DNA of 64,000 nucleotides from Planctomycetota bacterium (GTDB lineage Bacteria; Planctomycetota; UBA1135), in contig JAQBXR010000013.1 in NCBI GenBank assembly GCA_027623295.1, positions 3,250 through 67,249 of the forward strand, in the 5' to 3' direction. Positions 1-10,704 of the stretch are shown piece after piece; the first letter of the stretch is position 1; each line of letters begins with the position of its first letter. The notes under the pieces are model-generated. The model was not told the DNA's origin, searched no databases, and was given only the letters and a program-made list of their open reading frames with translations. The translations under genes and the position numbers were made by a program.

Positions 1-2
1 TG

Positions 3-788
3 TTTACCGATGTTCGCTTAGCAGCAAACGTTGGTGGTGATTTCCCGGCTAAAGCATGGGACACTTTGCGCGCACGTGGCACCGACTTTGAAGGACTACA
101 AAAATTCGAAGACAAGCCAACTTTTCGTTGGAGTGGTCGCTATGAAGGTGCCATGAATGAGGCGGAAACTTTGCGCACCGACCTAAATGTCCTGATTGAA
201 CAACCCTTGGTGCCTGAGTCTTACAAAGATTCCAAGTATTTGTTCCTCGCGAACATGGCTCCGGTAACCCAGTTGGAAATCTTGCAGTCCTTTCCGAATG
301 CAACCGCTTTTGCCGACACCATGAATCTGTGGATTGAACATGAGCGCGAAACACTGGAACGCTTGCTCGAGTTGATTTACGGCCTAGTGTTGAACGAAGG
401 CGAGGCCCGCATGTTGACTGGTGAGCACAATCTGCTTCGTGCTGGTGCGGCCCTCCAAGAAATGGGGCCAGAGGTCATTATCATTAAGAAAGGCGAACAT
501 GGAGCTTTCCTGTTCACTCCAGATGGCCGTTTTGGCCTTCCTGCTTATCCAGTGGAGAATGTGGTGGATCCGACTGGGGCTGGCGACAGTTTTGCCGGGG
601 GCCTTATGGGAGCACTTGCTGAAGCAGATGATTTCAGTATGGATTCCTTGCGACGGGCGATGGCTTACGGCACTGTCTGCGCTTCCGTCACTGTGGAAGC
701 CTTTTCTACGGCTGGACTAGAAGCCGCCAGTCGCACCGTCATTCAGGACCGCTACGACGAATTACGCGACTTCTTGCGCTTTTCTTAA
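3..788 (+). CDS. PfkB/ribokinase-family carbohydrate kinase (5' end lies outside the window)
   Basis: Frame open from position 3. C-terminal PfkB signature [14 protein letters not shown], plus IIKKGEHGA and LNEGEAR motifs. Confidence 0.9.
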   Translation, partial: FTDVRLAANVGGDFPAKAWDTLRARGTDFEGLQKFEDKPTFRWSGRYEGAMNEAETLRTDLNVLIEQPLVPESYKDSKYLFLANMAPVTQLEILQSFPNATAFADTMNLWIEHERETLERLLELIYGLVLNEGEARMLTGEHNLLRAGAALQEMGPEVIIIKKGEHGAFLFTPDGRFGLPAYPVENVVDPTGAGDSFAGGLMGALAEADDFSMDSLRRAMAYGTVCASVTVEAFSTAGLEAASRTVIQDRYDELRDFLRFS

Positions 789-852
789 CCATTTATGGGT
801 GTCTTCAAGTGTGGGGGTTCGTCTGCAGGGCGAAGTTTCCATAAAAGGAGTC

Positions 853-880
853 TTGAAATCCCTAACAGAACCCTTACACT
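853..880 (+). promoter_or_regulatory. Putative sigma70 promoter of recA
   Basis: TTGAAA (853-858), 16 nt spacer, TACACT (875-880). AAGGAG Shine-Dalgarno at 891-896 before ATG 904. Confidence 0.5.
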
Positions 881-903
881 TCGAACAACCAAGGAGTACC
901 ACG

Positions 904-2067
904 ATGAATACTAAGAAGAACAAGCCCAACCCATTCCAGGCCACCAAAACCGGAAGCGCCAAACAAAAGGCCATTCAAGAGGCTTTGGCCAATGTCACTA
1001 AAGACTACGGTCCAGAGGCTGTCATGGATTTATCCAAGACCGACATGGGGCCTATCCGTGGCGTGAAAACCGGAACTATCGGCCTGGACGCTGCCCTTGG
1101 AGGCAAAGGCCTTCCACGAGGCCGAGTGATTGAGCTGTATGGTCCAGAATCAAGTGGTAAATCCACTCTGGCCATGTCTGTCATTGCCCAAGCTCAGAAA
1201 GAAGGTGGTTTTTGCCTTTTCATCGATGCTGAGCACGCTTTTGACCCAGAATACGCCAAAAAGCTAGGGCTAAAACTAGATGGCGAACATTTCCTGCTTT
1301 CACAGCCGTCAACCGGTGAAGAAGGCCTAGATATCTGCGAACAGTTTGTGAAATCTAATGCAGTCGATGTCGTGGTCATCGACTCTGTGGCAGCTTTGGT
1401 GCCTAAAGTCGAGATGGCAGGCGAGATTGGAGACACCTTTGTGGGTGTACAGGCTCGCATGATGTCCCAGGCGCTGCGTCGCCTCACCACCGTCATCGGC
1501 AAAACCGACGCGGTGGTCATTTTCATTAACCAGCTGCGCGAGAAAATCGGTGTCATGTTCGGCAACCCAGAAACCACTCCAGGTGGCCGTGCGTTGAAGT
1601 TCTACAGTTCCATTCGCATGGATGTTCGCCGTATTGGCGCCATCAAAAACGGGGAGGAGATCATTGGCAACCGCACCAAGTGCACCGTGGTCAAGAACAA
1701 GGTGGCCCCCCCGTTCCGCCGCGCAGAGTTCGACATTCTCTACGATCAGGGCATCTCCACGGAAGGAGACATCATTGATCTCGGCCTGCAGCATGGTTTA
1801 GTCACCAAAGCAGGGGCCTGGTTCAGCTACCAGCATCCAACCAAAGGTGAAATCCGCCTCGGCCAAGGTCGGGAATCAGTGCGTACTTTGTTGCGTGAAA
1901 ATCCTGAAATGTGCGATGAAATGGACGGGCTCCTCCGCGAGATGATGAATCCGGTTAAAATCGAACCCGTTCAGGAGAAAAAGTCCCCTGAGCCAGAAAC
2001 TGCTTCCAAGGTCGCTGAAGCGGGTGCCTCACCGAAGACAAAGGTGAAAGCTCGTAAAAAGGCCTGA
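904..2067 (+). CDS. recA: Recombinase RecA
   Basis: GPESSGKST Walker [49 protein letters not shown]. Start moved to ATG 904 because of the AAGGAG site. Lys-rich C-terminal tail, no intein. Confidence 0.98.
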   Translation: MNTKKNKPNPFQATKTGSAKQKAIQEALANVTKDYGPEAVMDLSKTDMGPIRGVKTGTIGLDAALGGKGLPRGRVIELYGPESSGKSTLAMSVIAQAQKEGGFCLFIDAEHAFDPEYAKKLGLKLDGEHFLLSQPSTGEEGLDICEQFVKSNAVDVVVIDSVAALVPKVEMAGEIGDTFVGVQARMMSQALRRLTTVIGKTDAVVIFINQLREKIGVMFGNPETTPGGRALKFYSSIRMDVRRIGAIKNGEEIIGNRTKCTVVKNKVAPPFRRAEFDILYDQGISTEGDIIDLGLQHGLVTKAGAWFSYQHPTKGEIRLGQGRESVRTLLRENPEMCDEMDGLLREMMNPVKIEPVQEKKSPEPETASKVAEAGASPKTKVKARKKA

Positions 2068-2103
2068 TTTCAACCCAAAACCCTTCCATGGGCAAAACAA
2101 GGC

Positions 2104-4728
2104 ATGAGTCAACCTAAGAAGGTTGCCGAGATCCGTGAGGCGTTCCTTGGTTTCTTTGAAGCCAAGGAACATCTTCGTTTACCCTCGGATTCCCTAATCC
2201 CGTCAAATGATCCGACCCTGTTGTTCACAGGAGCGGGCATGAACCAATTCAAGGACGAGTTCCTTGGCAAGGGCCGAGATTTCAAACGAGTGACCACTTC
2301 GCAAAAGTGCTTGCGCGTACCTGACCTCGAGAACGTGGGGATTACTCCACGGCATCACACCTTTTTTGAAATGCTTGGCAACTTCTCCTTTGGAGACTAT
2401 TTCAAGCACGAGACCATTCCTTGGGAATGGACCTTCTTCACTGAAGTCTTGGGTTGGGATGCGAATCGTTTTGCCGTAACCATCTTTGAAGAGGATTCAG
2501 AGGCTTTTGACATCTGGCACGATGTGATTGGCATTCCTGCTGAAAAGATTTATCGCTTAGGTGAGAAGGAAAACTTCTGGCCAGCATCGGCGCCGAGCAA
2601 AGGGCCAAACGGCGTGTGTGGCCCTTGTTCCGAGATTTACTGGGATATGGAACCAAGTGTCGCCTACCCGAAAAACGAAGGCTTGGAAGAATTGCCGGAT
2701 CGTTTTGTGGAAGTCGGCAACTGCGTATTCACCCAATTCAATCGACGCGATGGGGGAGTCCTTGAGCCTCTTCCACAAAAGAACATCGATGTTGGCTTAG
2801 GCCTAGAGCGGTTGGCTGCGGTCGCCCAAAACGCGGCCAATAACTTCGAAACCGATCTGTTTGAACCAATCCTTGCTGGCATCCAAGAAGCCAGCGAGAA
2901 GAAATATCAAACGGACAATCCTGATGGCATTCGCATGCGCCGGATTGCAGATCATGCACGTGCCGTATTTTTCTGTATTGCAGATGGTGCTATGCCGGGC
3001 CGCGAAGGTCGAGGTTATGTGGTGCGTAAGATTTTGCGCCGTGCAGTGCGTGATGGCTTGGAGCTTGGCATCGGGGGTTCCTTCCTGGGTGACTTGTTGC
3101 CAGCGGTACAAGAGTCCATGGGAGAGGCTTACCCAGAGCTTCTTGCCCAACAAGATACCATTCGTGCTTTGGTCGAAGGTGAGGAGAGTCGTTTCCGCGA
3201 AGTCTATGCCCGTGGCATTGACCGCTTGGAAACGGACATGGAAACGCAAAAATCGGCTGGCGTCACCATTTTCCCGGGCGACTTGGCCTTCGAACTTCAT
3301 GACACTTACGGTTTCCCGCTCGATACCAGTCGCGTGATTCTTAAGGAGCATGGCTTTAATCTGGATCAAGTTGGCTTCGACGCTGCCATGGAGGCACAAA
3401 AGCAACGTGCGCGATCCGGAAGTGAGATTTCGAGTGAAGTATTCACGCAATCGCTGCCAAGCCGTCTCCAAGCGGAGAGCATCGCCGCCACCGATTTCTA
3501 TGGCTATACCCAGGCCGAGATCGAAGCCAAGTTACTCGGCATCTTGGTCGATGGCGCTTTGGTTGATGGAATAGAAAAGGGCCAAGATGCCGTTTTTGTT
3601 TTTGACCAAAGCACTTTGTATGCCGAGGGGGGTGGACAAGTCGGTGACCAAGGTTGCTGGTTTATCGATTCCAAAAAGGCTTTTGCGATTCAGCAAACGA
3701 CTACGGAAGGCGGTTATTCCTTACATCAAGGCAAGGCTTTGATGAGCATCCAGAAAGGCGCCACCGGTGTCTTAAAATTAAATGTGGAGCGCCGCCAAGC
3801 GGCGGAACGCCATCACACCGCCACGCACTTACTTCATGCTGCTATGAAAGAGGTCGTCGGTGAACACGTAAACCAAGCCGGTTCCAAAGTTTCACCGGAA
3901 GGATTGCGGTTCGATTACACGCATCCAGAGGGTTTAGGTGCCGAAACAATCCGCCGCATTGAAGAGCTCGTCAACAAGCAAGTGCTAATGGCTACTCCGG
4001 TAGAGCAGCGCATGAGTTCCCTTGCGCAAGCAAAGGAAGATGGTGTGACCGCTCTGTTCGGTGAAAAATACGGAAATGAGGTACGTGTTGTTTCTGTACC
4101 GGGATTCTCAATGGAGTTGTGTGGCGGTTGCCACGTGAATAACACCGGCAACATTGGACCTTTCCGAATCCTGGGTGACCGTGCTTTGGCAGCTGGCGTG
4201 CGTCGCATTGAAGCCGTGGCAGGCCCAGCGGCATGGACACTAATCTATGGAGATCAGGCGCAACTCGCCCAAATGTCCGCTGACCTCAAAGCTCCCGTCG
4301 CTCAACTGCCGGCCAAAGTTCTTGCACTTAAGGAAGAACTGAGGGAGGCCAAGCAGCGCAAAGTTGTTGCTGGCCCATCCCCAGACATCCTCGTTGCGGA
4401 ACTTCAGGCTTCTATAGGCCTGGTCGCATGGAAACATTTACCCGATTTAGATTCGGATTCTTTGCGGGCTATCAGCGACTCACTTAAGGGCGCGGGTCTC
4501 CCAGAGGTCGTTCTCCTCACTGGAGGAGACGCCAAATCGGTGCCATTCTTGTTTAATTGTCAAAATGGATCGGCACACAAAGCCGGGGACTTAGCCAAGG
4601 AATTTGGCAAATTAATCTGCGGCGGAGGGGGTGGAAGGCCTGATTTTGCCCAAGGAAAGGGGGCGGATGGCTCCGACCTGAAGGGTGCCGTAGACCAATT
4701 CCAAAAGTCCTTGTCTGCAAGTGCTTGA
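2104..4728 (+). CDS. alaS: Alanine--tRNA ligase
   Basis: DPTLLFTGAGMNQFK, HHTFFEMLGNFSFGDYFK, editing motifs HHTATHLLH and ELCGGCHV, C-terminal GGGGGRPDFAQG. Confidence 0.98.
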   Translation: MSQPKKVAEIREAFLGFFEAKEHLRLPSDSLIPSNDPTLLFTGAGMNQFKDEFLGKGRDFKRVTTSQKCLRVPDLENVGITPRHHTFFEMLGNFSFGDYFKHETIPWEWTFFTEVLGWDANRFAVTIFEEDSEAFDIWHDVIGIPAEKIYRLGEKENFWPASAPSKGPNGVCGPCSEIYWDMEPSVAYPKNEGLEELPDRFVEVGNCVFTQFNRRDGGVLEPLPQKNIDVGLGLERLAAVAQNAANNFETDLFEPILAGIQEASEKKYQTDNPDGIRMRRIADHARAVFFCIADGAMPGREGRGYVVRKILRRAVRDGLELGIGGSFLGDLLPAVQESMGEAYPELLAQQDTIRALVEGEESRFREVYARGIDRLETDMETQKSAGVTIFPGDLAFELHDTYGFPLDTSRVILKEHGFNLDQVGFDAAMEAQKQRARSGSEISSEVFTQSLPSRLQAESIAATDFYGYTQAEIEAKLLGILVDGALVDGIEKGQDAVFVFDQSTLYAEGGGQVGDQGCWFIDSKKAFAIQQTTTEGGYSLHQGKALMSIQKGATGVLKLNVERRQAAERHHTATHLLHAAMKEVVGEHVNQAGSKVSPEGLRFDYTHPEGLGAETIRRIEELVNKQVLMATPVEQRMSSLAQAKEDGVTALFGEKYGNEVRVVSVPGFSMELCGGCHVNNTGNIGPFRILGDRALAAGVRRIEAVAGPAAWTLIYGDQAQLAQMSADLKAPVAQLPAKVLALKEELREAKQRKVVAGPSPDILVAELQASIGLVAWKHLPDLDSDSLRAISDSLKGAGLPEVVLLTGGDAKSVPFLFNCQNGSAHKAGDLAKEFGKLICGGGGGRPDFAQGKGADGSDLKGAVDQFQKSLSASA

Positions 4729-4752
4729 CCTTCTTCCCAGTTCTGAGAAAAT
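4725..4752 (+). promoter_or_regulatory. Putative promoter of the rpmF-plsX-fab operon
   Basis: TTGACC (4725-4730), 16 nt spacer ending in TGA, then GAAAAT (4747-4752). Same architecture occurs upstream of tRNA-Leu and tig. Confidence 0.45.
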
Positions 4753-4792
4753 GGTCGGTCCTAGTGGGGCCTGGTGCCCTTCATAAATCGTC

Positions 4793-4975
4793 ATGGCTGT
4801 TCCAAAGAGAAAAAACTCCAAGTCCCGCGCCCGTAAAGGTCGCGCGGCTATGAAAGCTCCATACGTTGCTATTCGTGCTTGCGCACGTTGTGACTCCATG
4901 GGCAAACCACACACCGTGTGTGATAACTGTGGGCACTACGGTGGCCGCGAGATTATCGCGAAAGACGAATTCTAA
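4793..4975 (+). CDS. rpmF: 50S ribosomal protein L32 (zinc-binding form)
   Basis: MAVPKRKNSKSR N-terminus, CARC and CDNC cysteine pairs, canonical position before plsX. Confidence 0.96.
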   Translation: MAVPKRKNSKSRARKGRAAMKAPYVAIRACARCDSMGKPHTVCDNCGHYGGREIIAKDEF

Positions 4976-4981
4976 AGCTGC

Positions 4982-5977
4982 ATGAGGATTGCGGTTGACA
5001 CGCTCGGTGGTGATCATGCACCACACGAGATTCTGAAGGGTGTTGCCATCGCATTGCGCGAGGGCGGTTTCTCTAGTGAAGAACTCGTGTTAGTTGGTCC
5101 TGAAGAGCTCATCAAGCAATTCCTCAAGGATGAAGGGATTACCGACCTCCCGACCATCGTGCACACCGAAGATGTGATCGAAGGTCATGAGAAGCCGGTA
5201 GTCGGTTTGCGTACCAAACCGAACTCATCCATTTCGCTTTGCGTGAAAACTGTGCGTGCTGGAAATGCCGATGGCTTGATTGCCTTCGGTAACACTGGCG
5301 CCACTGTTGCTGCTGCCACTATGGGACTTGGCATGCTTCCGGGCATTCGCCGTCCTGGCATTGCAGTCACCATTCTTGGGCGCGGTGGACGTTTCGTTTT
5401 GCTTGATGCTGGCGCAAACCCAACGCCGAAACCGGAGCATCTCTTTCAGTACAGCCTCATGGGAGCGGCTATGTCGAAAGATTTGCTTGGCCGCGAGAAC
5501 CCTCGGATTGGATTGCTCAACATCGGTGGGGAAGCAGGCAAGGGCAGTGAAGTCGTTCGTGCCGCTTACGAAACCCTAGAAGCCTCCGCCTTGAACTTCA
5601 TCGGCAACGTGGAAGGCAACGAGTTGTTCGACGACAAGGCTGAAGTCTTCGTCGCCGATGGATTCGTCGGCAACATGGTGCTTAAAGTGGTCGAAGGATT
5701 CGCCGAATACCTGGTGCACTCAGCCGCCAAATCCGAAAACGGAAGCGGCGTTCGCGATGTGCTTCGCGGCATGCTTGGCGCGGCGGACTTCTCAGAAATC
5801 GGCGGTGCCACCCTCCTGGGAGTCAATGGCGTAGTTCTTATTGGGCACGGCCGATCTCACGCGAACGCAGTACTGCCCGCGTTGCGGGCCGTGAAGGCTG
5901 CCATTGAAGCTGGTCTGAACCATCACATTGTCGAAAGCCTCGCTTCCCATGGTGGGGAAGTCCCGAGCAGCTCATGA
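4982..5977 (+). CDS. plsX: Phosphate acyltransferase PlsX
   Basis: MRIAVDTLGGDHAP, LLDAGAN, GLLNIGGEAGKG, FIGNVEG, DGFVGN, GGATLLGVNG..IGHGRS. Confidence 0.96.
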   Translation: MRIAVDTLGGDHAPHEILKGVAIALREGGFSSEELVLVGPEELIKQFLKDEGITDLPTIVHTEDVIEGHEKPVVGLRTKPNSSISLCVKTVRAGNADGLIAFGNTGATVAAATMGLGMLPGIRRPGIAVTILGRGGRFVLLDAGANPTPKPEHLFQYSLMGAAMSKDLLGRENPRIGLLNIGGEAGKGSEVVRAAYETLEASALNFIGNVEGNELFDDKAEVFVADGFVGNMVLKVVEGFAEYLVHSAAKSENGSGVRDVLRGMLGAADFSEIGGATLLGVNGVVLIGHGRSHANAVLPALRAVKAAIEAGLNHHIVESLASHGGEVPSSS

Positions 5978-6969
5978 CCTCACAGGAAGTCACCGTCGGA
6001 ATCGCAGGTATGGGATATTCCATTCCAGACCAAGTGATTGATAACAATTACTTCACTCGGTTTGTCGAAACTTCCGACGAATGGATTGTGCAGCGCACCG
6101 GCATCAAGGAACGGCGTTGGCTGGAGCCAGGCGAGAAGCCAAGTGACTTGTTCACCGCTGCAGCAAAAATGGCACTTGAGAAATCTGGCGTTGCTGCAGA
6201 AGATGTCGACCTCATCATTGTATGCACGGTTTCGGGCGATCATCAAGGCACACCGGCAAGTGCCTGCATTGTCCAAGACAACCTCGGCGCAAAAAATGCT
6301 GCCGCCTTTGATCTCCAAGCCGCCTGTGCCGGATTCCTTTATGGACTTCAGGTAGGCAGCCAGTTTATAAAGAGCGGCACTTATCAAAACGTGTTAGTCA
6401 TTGGCGGAGAGTGCCTCTCGCGCCTGTGCGACATTTATGACCGCAACTCGGTCATTATTTTTGGCGATGGCGCCGGTGCCGCGCTGCTTCAACCACACTC
6501 GGTTTGTAAGCAAGGCCTCATCGAGGACATCACCATTGGCGCAGATGGGTCCGGTGCGCAGTACATCACGCGCCCTCGCGGTGGAGGGATCGAACGCCTC
6601 ACCCCGGAAATTCTTTCCGAAGGCACGCACCTCATTCGCATGCAAGGCCGCGAGGTTTACCGCTTCGCCGTAGCCCGCATGACCTCGCTTATGAAATGGG
6701 CTATGGAAGGCCAGGACCTTGAGGAACTTTCCTTGGTGGTGCCACACCAGGTCAACAAGCGCATTCTTGAAACCGCCACTGAGAAGCTTGGTTTCCCCGA
6801 AGACAAGGTGTTCATTAACATCGACCGCTACGGCAACACTTCGGCTGGTTCGGTGCCTATCGCTATGTGCGAGGCCATCGAAGCCGATCTGTTCGAGAAA
6901 GACAAACTGGTGGTGATTGCCGCCTTTGGTTCTGGCCTTACTTGGGGTGCTGCGCGCATCCGCTGGTAG
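5974..6969 (+). CDS. fabH: 3-oxoacyl-ACP synthase III
   Basis: ETSDEWIVQRTGI, AACAGF (catalytic Cys), FGDGAGA, PHQVN, YGNTSAGS, FGSGLTWG. Confidence 0.96.
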   Translation: MTSQEVTVGIAGMGYSIPDQVIDNNYFTRFVETSDEWIVQRTGIKERRWLEPGEKPSDLFTAAAKMALEKSGVAAEDVDLIIVCTVSGDHQGTPASACIVQDNLGAKNAAAFDLQAACAGFLYGLQVGSQFIKSGTYQNVLVIGGECLSRLCDIYDRNSVIIFGDGAGAALLQPHSVCKQGLIEDITIGADGSGAQYITRPRGGGIERLTPEILSEGTHLIRMQGREVYRFAVARMTSLMKWAMEGQDLEELSLVVPHQVNKRILETATEKLGFPEDKVFINIDRYGNTSAGSVPIAMCEAIEADLFEKDKLVVIAAFGSGLTWGAARIRW

Positions 6970-6997
6970 GCTTCCTCCCCAAACCCCACCAAGAAGC

Positions 6998-7945
6998 ATG
7001 AAATTCGGCCTTTTGTTTCCCGGGCAAGGCGCCCAAGATGTTGGCATGGGCAAGGATTTTGCAGAGGCAAGTCCCGCTGCACGCGCCCTTTTTGAGGAGG
7101 CCGACTCCATTCTCGGATGGCCTCTGTCTAAGCTTTGCTTTGAAGGTCCCATCGAGGACCTGACCGCGACGGACATTGCCCAGCCAGCCATCTACACCTG
7201 TTCCTTAGCCGCACTTGCCGCTTTTGAAGAACAGGCTGGCGCCAAGATTCAGCCAATCATGACTGCGGGACTTTCGCTAGGGGAGTACACCGCCATGGCA
7301 GCCGCCGGTGCTTTTTCCTTCGCCGATGGCCTACGCCTAGTGCGCCTTCGTGGTTCTGCCATGCAAGCCGCCTCCGATGCGATGCCATCCGGTATGGCTT
7401 CGGTTATGGGTATGGAACGCGAAGTCCTGGAATCCTTCTGCGTGGCCGTCTCTAAGGACACCGGCAAAATCTGCCAAGTCGCAAACCTAAACTCGCCCGG
7501 ACAAATCGTGGTCAGCGGTGAAAACGCGGCTCTCGATGTTTTAGAAGCGACCGCAAAAGAAGCGGGTGCACGACGCGTGATTCGTCTTCAAGTTGCTGGG
7601 GCATTCCACTCCGAAGTCATGCGCCCTGCAGCCACGCAATTGGAAGCCGCCCTTGAGAGTACGGATTTCCAAACGCCAAGCTGCCCGGTTTGGCAAAATG
7701 CCACCGCCAAAGCTTCTACTGATCCGTCGGTTCTCAAGGCCAACCTCATTGCGCAACTATGCGCACCGGTTCTTTGGCAAGACTCTTTTGCTGCTATGGC
7801 AAATAGCGCCGAAGGCATTACCTTCTTAGAACCAGCACCTGGCCGAGTCCTCGGTGCCATGGCGAAAAAGATTGCCCCCGGAAGTCATGTGTTGAGCTTA
7901 AAAGATCAACCCGCTCTCGAAGCCCTCCTGCAAAGTAACTTCTAA
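6998..7945 (+). CDS. fabD: Malonyl-CoA-ACP transacylase
   Basis: Starts MKFGLLFPGQGAQ at ATG 6998. GLSLGEY nucleophile motif and GAFHS. Confidence 0.96.
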   Translation: MKFGLLFPGQGAQDVGMGKDFAEASPAARALFEEADSILGWPLSKLCFEGPIEDLTATDIAQPAIYTCSLAALAAFEEQAGAKIQPIMTAGLSLGEYTAMAAAGAFSFADGLRLVRLRGSAMQAASDAMPSGMASVMGMEREVLESFCVAVSKDTGKICQVANLNSPGQIVVSGENAALDVLEATAKEAGARRVIRLQVAGAFHSEVMRPAATQLEAALESTDFQTPSCPVWQNATAKASTDPSVLKANLIAQLCAPVLWQDSFAAMANSAEGITFLEPAPGRVLGAMAKKIAPGSHVLSLKDQPALEALLQSNF

Positions 7946-8691
7946 TGCAAACCCTCAAGAACAAACGCATCCTGGTAACCGGCGCCTCTCGGGGCATCGG
8001 GCAAGCCATTGCTGTGGACCTCGCCAAGCACGGTGCCAAAGTTGCAGTCCTTGCCACGCGCTTAGCCAACCTCGAGCAAACATGTGCGGCGATCGCTGCT
8101 GCTGGTGCCGAGTCACTTCCTTTGGAAGGGGATATCTCCCAAGCATCCACCGCCGTCAATGCGGTGAAAGCGGTAGTCGACGCATGGGGCGGCATCGATG
8201 GATTGGTGGCCAACGCGGGCATTACAAAGGACAACTTATTACTGCGCATGACCGAAGAGCAGTTTGACCAAGTGATCGACGTCAACCTTAAGGGAAGCTT
8301 CCATTTCCTAAAGGCTGTCACCAAGCCGATGATGAAGCAAAGGGCCGGAAGCATTGTGTTTATTGGCTCCGTGGTCGCCGCGATTGGCAACCCTGGCCAG
8401 GCGAATTACTGCGCTGCTAAGGCGGGACTCCACGGCCTGGCTCGTTCCGCTGCCATGGAACTCGGCAGCCGGGGCATTACGGTAAACGTGATTTCCCCAG
8501 GTTTCATTGCCACCGACATGACTTCAGACCTCCCTGAAGCCGCTCAGGACGCCATGAAGAAGAAAATCGCACTTGGACGCCCTGGAAGCGGCCAGGACAT
8601 CGCGGGAGCCGTACGGTTCCTGCAAAGCCCCGACGGCTCCTATATCACCGGACAGGTGATGTTAGTCGACGGAGGCCTTTCCCTCGGGTAG
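7945..8691 (+). CDS. fabG: 3-oxoacyl-ACP reductase
   Basis: [41 protein letters not shown]. Confidence 0.96.
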   Translation: MQTLKNKRILVTGASRGIGQAIAVDLAKHGAKVAVLATRLANLEQTCAAIAAAGAESLPLEGDISQASTAVNAVKAVVDAWGGIDGLVANAGITKDNLLLRMTEEQFDQVIDVNLKGSFHFLKAVTKPMMKQRAGSIVFIGSVVAAIGNPGQANYCAAKAGLHGLARSAAMELGSRGITVNVISPGFIATDMTSDLPEAAQDAMKKKIALGRPGSGQDIAGAVRFLQSPDGSYITGQVMLVDGGLSLG

Positions 8692-8783
8692 TCGTACAAG
8701 TACAATCTGCCCTGGTCGACACGACGTCGGCCTATCCCTGCTGCCTCCGCAGCCAAACCAGAAGAACCCTCCCGATCAGAATC

Positions 8784-9023
8784 GTGACTGACATCGAAGA
8801 AAAGATCTACGAGATTGTCTGCGAACACATGGGTGCATCGCGTGACAAGCTTGCCCCTGAAACCAGCTTCATTAACGACTTAGGCGCAGACAGCCTTGAC
8901 ACTGTCGAGCTGGTCATGGAATTCGAAAGTGCATTCGACATCACCATCCCAGATGAAGATGCCGAAAAAATCCAGACCGTAGGGAACGCAATTTCCTACA
9001 TTTCCGGAAAGGTTTCCGGCTAG
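8784..9023 (+). CDS. acpP: Acyl carrier protein
   Basis: [14 protein letters not shown] phosphopantetheine motif, [15 protein letters not shown] start. Confidence 0.97.
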   Translation: MTDIEEKIYEIVCEHMGASRDKLAPETSFINDLGADSLDTVELVMEFESAFDITIPDEDAEKIQTVGNAISYISGKVSG

Positions 9024-9067
9024 AGGTTTAGACTTCAGCCAAAACCGGTTTAGAGGAACGCGTAATT

Positions 9068-10336
9068 ATGTCTAGCAAGGCACGTACCGTTGTCATCACC
9101 GGAATTGGTGCGCTAACTCCCTTGGGGATTGGCGCACCTTTAACTTTCGACAAAATGCTCGAAGGTGAAACCGGATTCAAAATGATTGACCGGTGGGATA
9201 CCAGCGAATTTGGAACTCACTTTGCTGCTGAGGTTCGGGGTTGTATTTACAAACCCGAAGATCACTTCACCACACTGCAGTTGCGTCGCATGGACCCATT
9301 TAGTCAGGTTGGCCTAGTTGCCGCCAAAGAAGCATGGGCCGATTCCGGCCTAGATGTGAACGCCATTGACTCTACCCGTGCAGGTGCCATTTTGGGTACC
9401 GGTATAGGAGGCATTCAAAGCATTCTCGAACAGAGCAAGATTCTTGCCGAGAATGGACCGCGTCGCGTCACGCCATACTTCATTTCCAACACCATGGCGA
9501 ATGCGCTAGCCGCAAACGTCGCCATTGAATTTGGATTGCAGGGTGCTTGTTTCTTAACATCTTCCGCGTGCGCCTCTAGCGGACATGCGATTGGAATGGC
9601 TCTTCATGAGATTCGTTCCGGACGCGCAGACATCATGGTTACCGGCGGCTCTGAAACCACCACCAATGAACTTTGTCTTGCCGGATTCAATTCGGTCAAG
9701 GCTTTGTCGAAGCGTAACGATGACATCCACCGTGCTTCCCGCCCATTTGACCGCGACCGAGATGGTTTCGTCATGGGAGAGGGCGCTGGAGTTCTCGTTA
9801 TCGAGTCTCTAGAACACGCCCAAGCGCGTGGAGCCAAGATTTATTGTGAGCTAGCTGGATTCGGTCAATCCGATGACGCTGGACACATTACGGCTCCCGA
9901 CAGCACCGGAAACCGGCCTGCTGCCGCTTTACAGTTAGCCATGAAAGATGCTGGAATCGACCCTTCCGAGGTGGATTACATCAATGCACACGGCACATCC
10001 ACCATGCTTAATGATATGGTGGAGACGAAAGCGATTAAAATCGCTTTGGGTGAAGAGAACGCTAAAAATACGGCGATCTCTTCCACCAAATCCATGATTG
10101 GTCACCTCGTTGGCGCAGCCGCCGGCGTCGAGGCCATCGTCACAGCGCTTTCCCTTCACCGGGGAATCGCCCCTCAGACCCAAAACTACGAAACACCGGA
10201 CCTTGAGAACGGACTTGATTTGGATTACATTCCAAACGAGCCGCGCAAAAAGGCGTTTCGTGCAGCCCTGTCCAACTCCTTAGGATTCGGCGGGCACAAC
10301 GTCAGTATCGCTTTCCGGCGTTTCGACCAAGCCTGA
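9068..10336 (+). CDS. fabF: 3-oxoacyl-ACP synthase II
   Basis: SACASSGHAIG, SRPFDRDRDGFVMGEGAG, INAHGTST, KSMIGHLVGAA, SNSLGFGGHN. Confidence 0.97.
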   Translation: MSSKARTVVITGIGALTPLGIGAPLTFDKMLEGETGFKMIDRWDTSEFGTHFAAEVRGCIYKPEDHFTTLQLRRMDPFSQVGLVAAKEAWADSGLDVNAIDSTRAGAILGTGIGGIQSILEQSKILAENGPRRVTPYFISNTMANALAANVAIEFGLQGACFLTSSACASSGHAIGMALHEIRSGRADIMVTGGSETTTNELCLAGFNSVKALSKRNDDIHRASRPFDRDRDGFVMGEGAGVLVIESLEHAQARGAKIYCELAGFGQSDDAGHITAPDSTGNRPAAALQLAMKDAGIDPSEVDYINAHGTSTMLNDMVETKAIKIALGEENAKNTAISSTKSMIGHLVGAAAGVEAIVTALSLHRGIAPQTQNYETPDLENGLDLDYIPNEPRKKAFRAALSNSLGFGGHNVSIAFRRFDQA

Positions 10337-10357
10337 TTCCCCAGGCGGAGATTTCAA

Positions 10358-10690
10358 GTGCAAAAGAAATTCGCAGAAGCCCTCAAAACCTTCCGTAAAG
10401 AGGTTTACAAGGTCGAGCATGATGCCGACCAACTCAAGGAACTGACCAACGATGCCCTCAACCTTACCAAGGATTCGCTGGACAACGCCTACCACTATCA
10501 CTTCCACAAGTTGCCTGATGCATCTCGTGCTGAAGTCATCAACATGATCAACAACTACACGCTTGAGGCTCTTTTGCCTCCAATCGTGGAAAAGATCAAC
10601 AAGCGTCAGTTGATGGTGGAACGGAAATTAGATCTACTCGTGAGCCTTCTTGAAGATGCACTCGAGAAGATCAATACCGAAGACCACTAA
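10358..10690 (+). CDS. Hypothetical helical/coiled-coil protein, 110 aa
   Basis: Fills the gap between fabF and the next gene. GGAG upstream of GTG, amphipathic helical composition. Confidence 0.7.
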   Translation: MQKKFAEALKTFRKEVYKVEHDADQLKELTNDALNLTKDSLDNAYHYHFHKLPDASRAEVINMINNYTLEALLPPIVEKINKRQLMVERKLDLLVSLLEDALEKINTEDH

Positions 10691-10704
10691 AGGTTTTCCA
10701 CCCG

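Noticed and set aside
868-886. LexA box upstream of recA (GAAC...GAAC)
   Set aside because: The spacing is 11 nt, which matches neither GAAC-N7-GAAC nor GAAC-N4-GTTC. Not supportable.
6394-7191. 265-aa antisense ORF across fabH/fabD, and other long antisense ORFs such as 2803-3471 and 7818-8390
   Set aside because: Shadow ORFs of conserved genes with no recognisable motifs.
4793-10336. Secondary-metabolite (type II PKS) cluster
   Set aside because: The order rpmF-plsX-fabH-fabD-fabG-acpP-fabF is the canonical fatty acid synthesis operon. No chain-length factor or tailoring genes.
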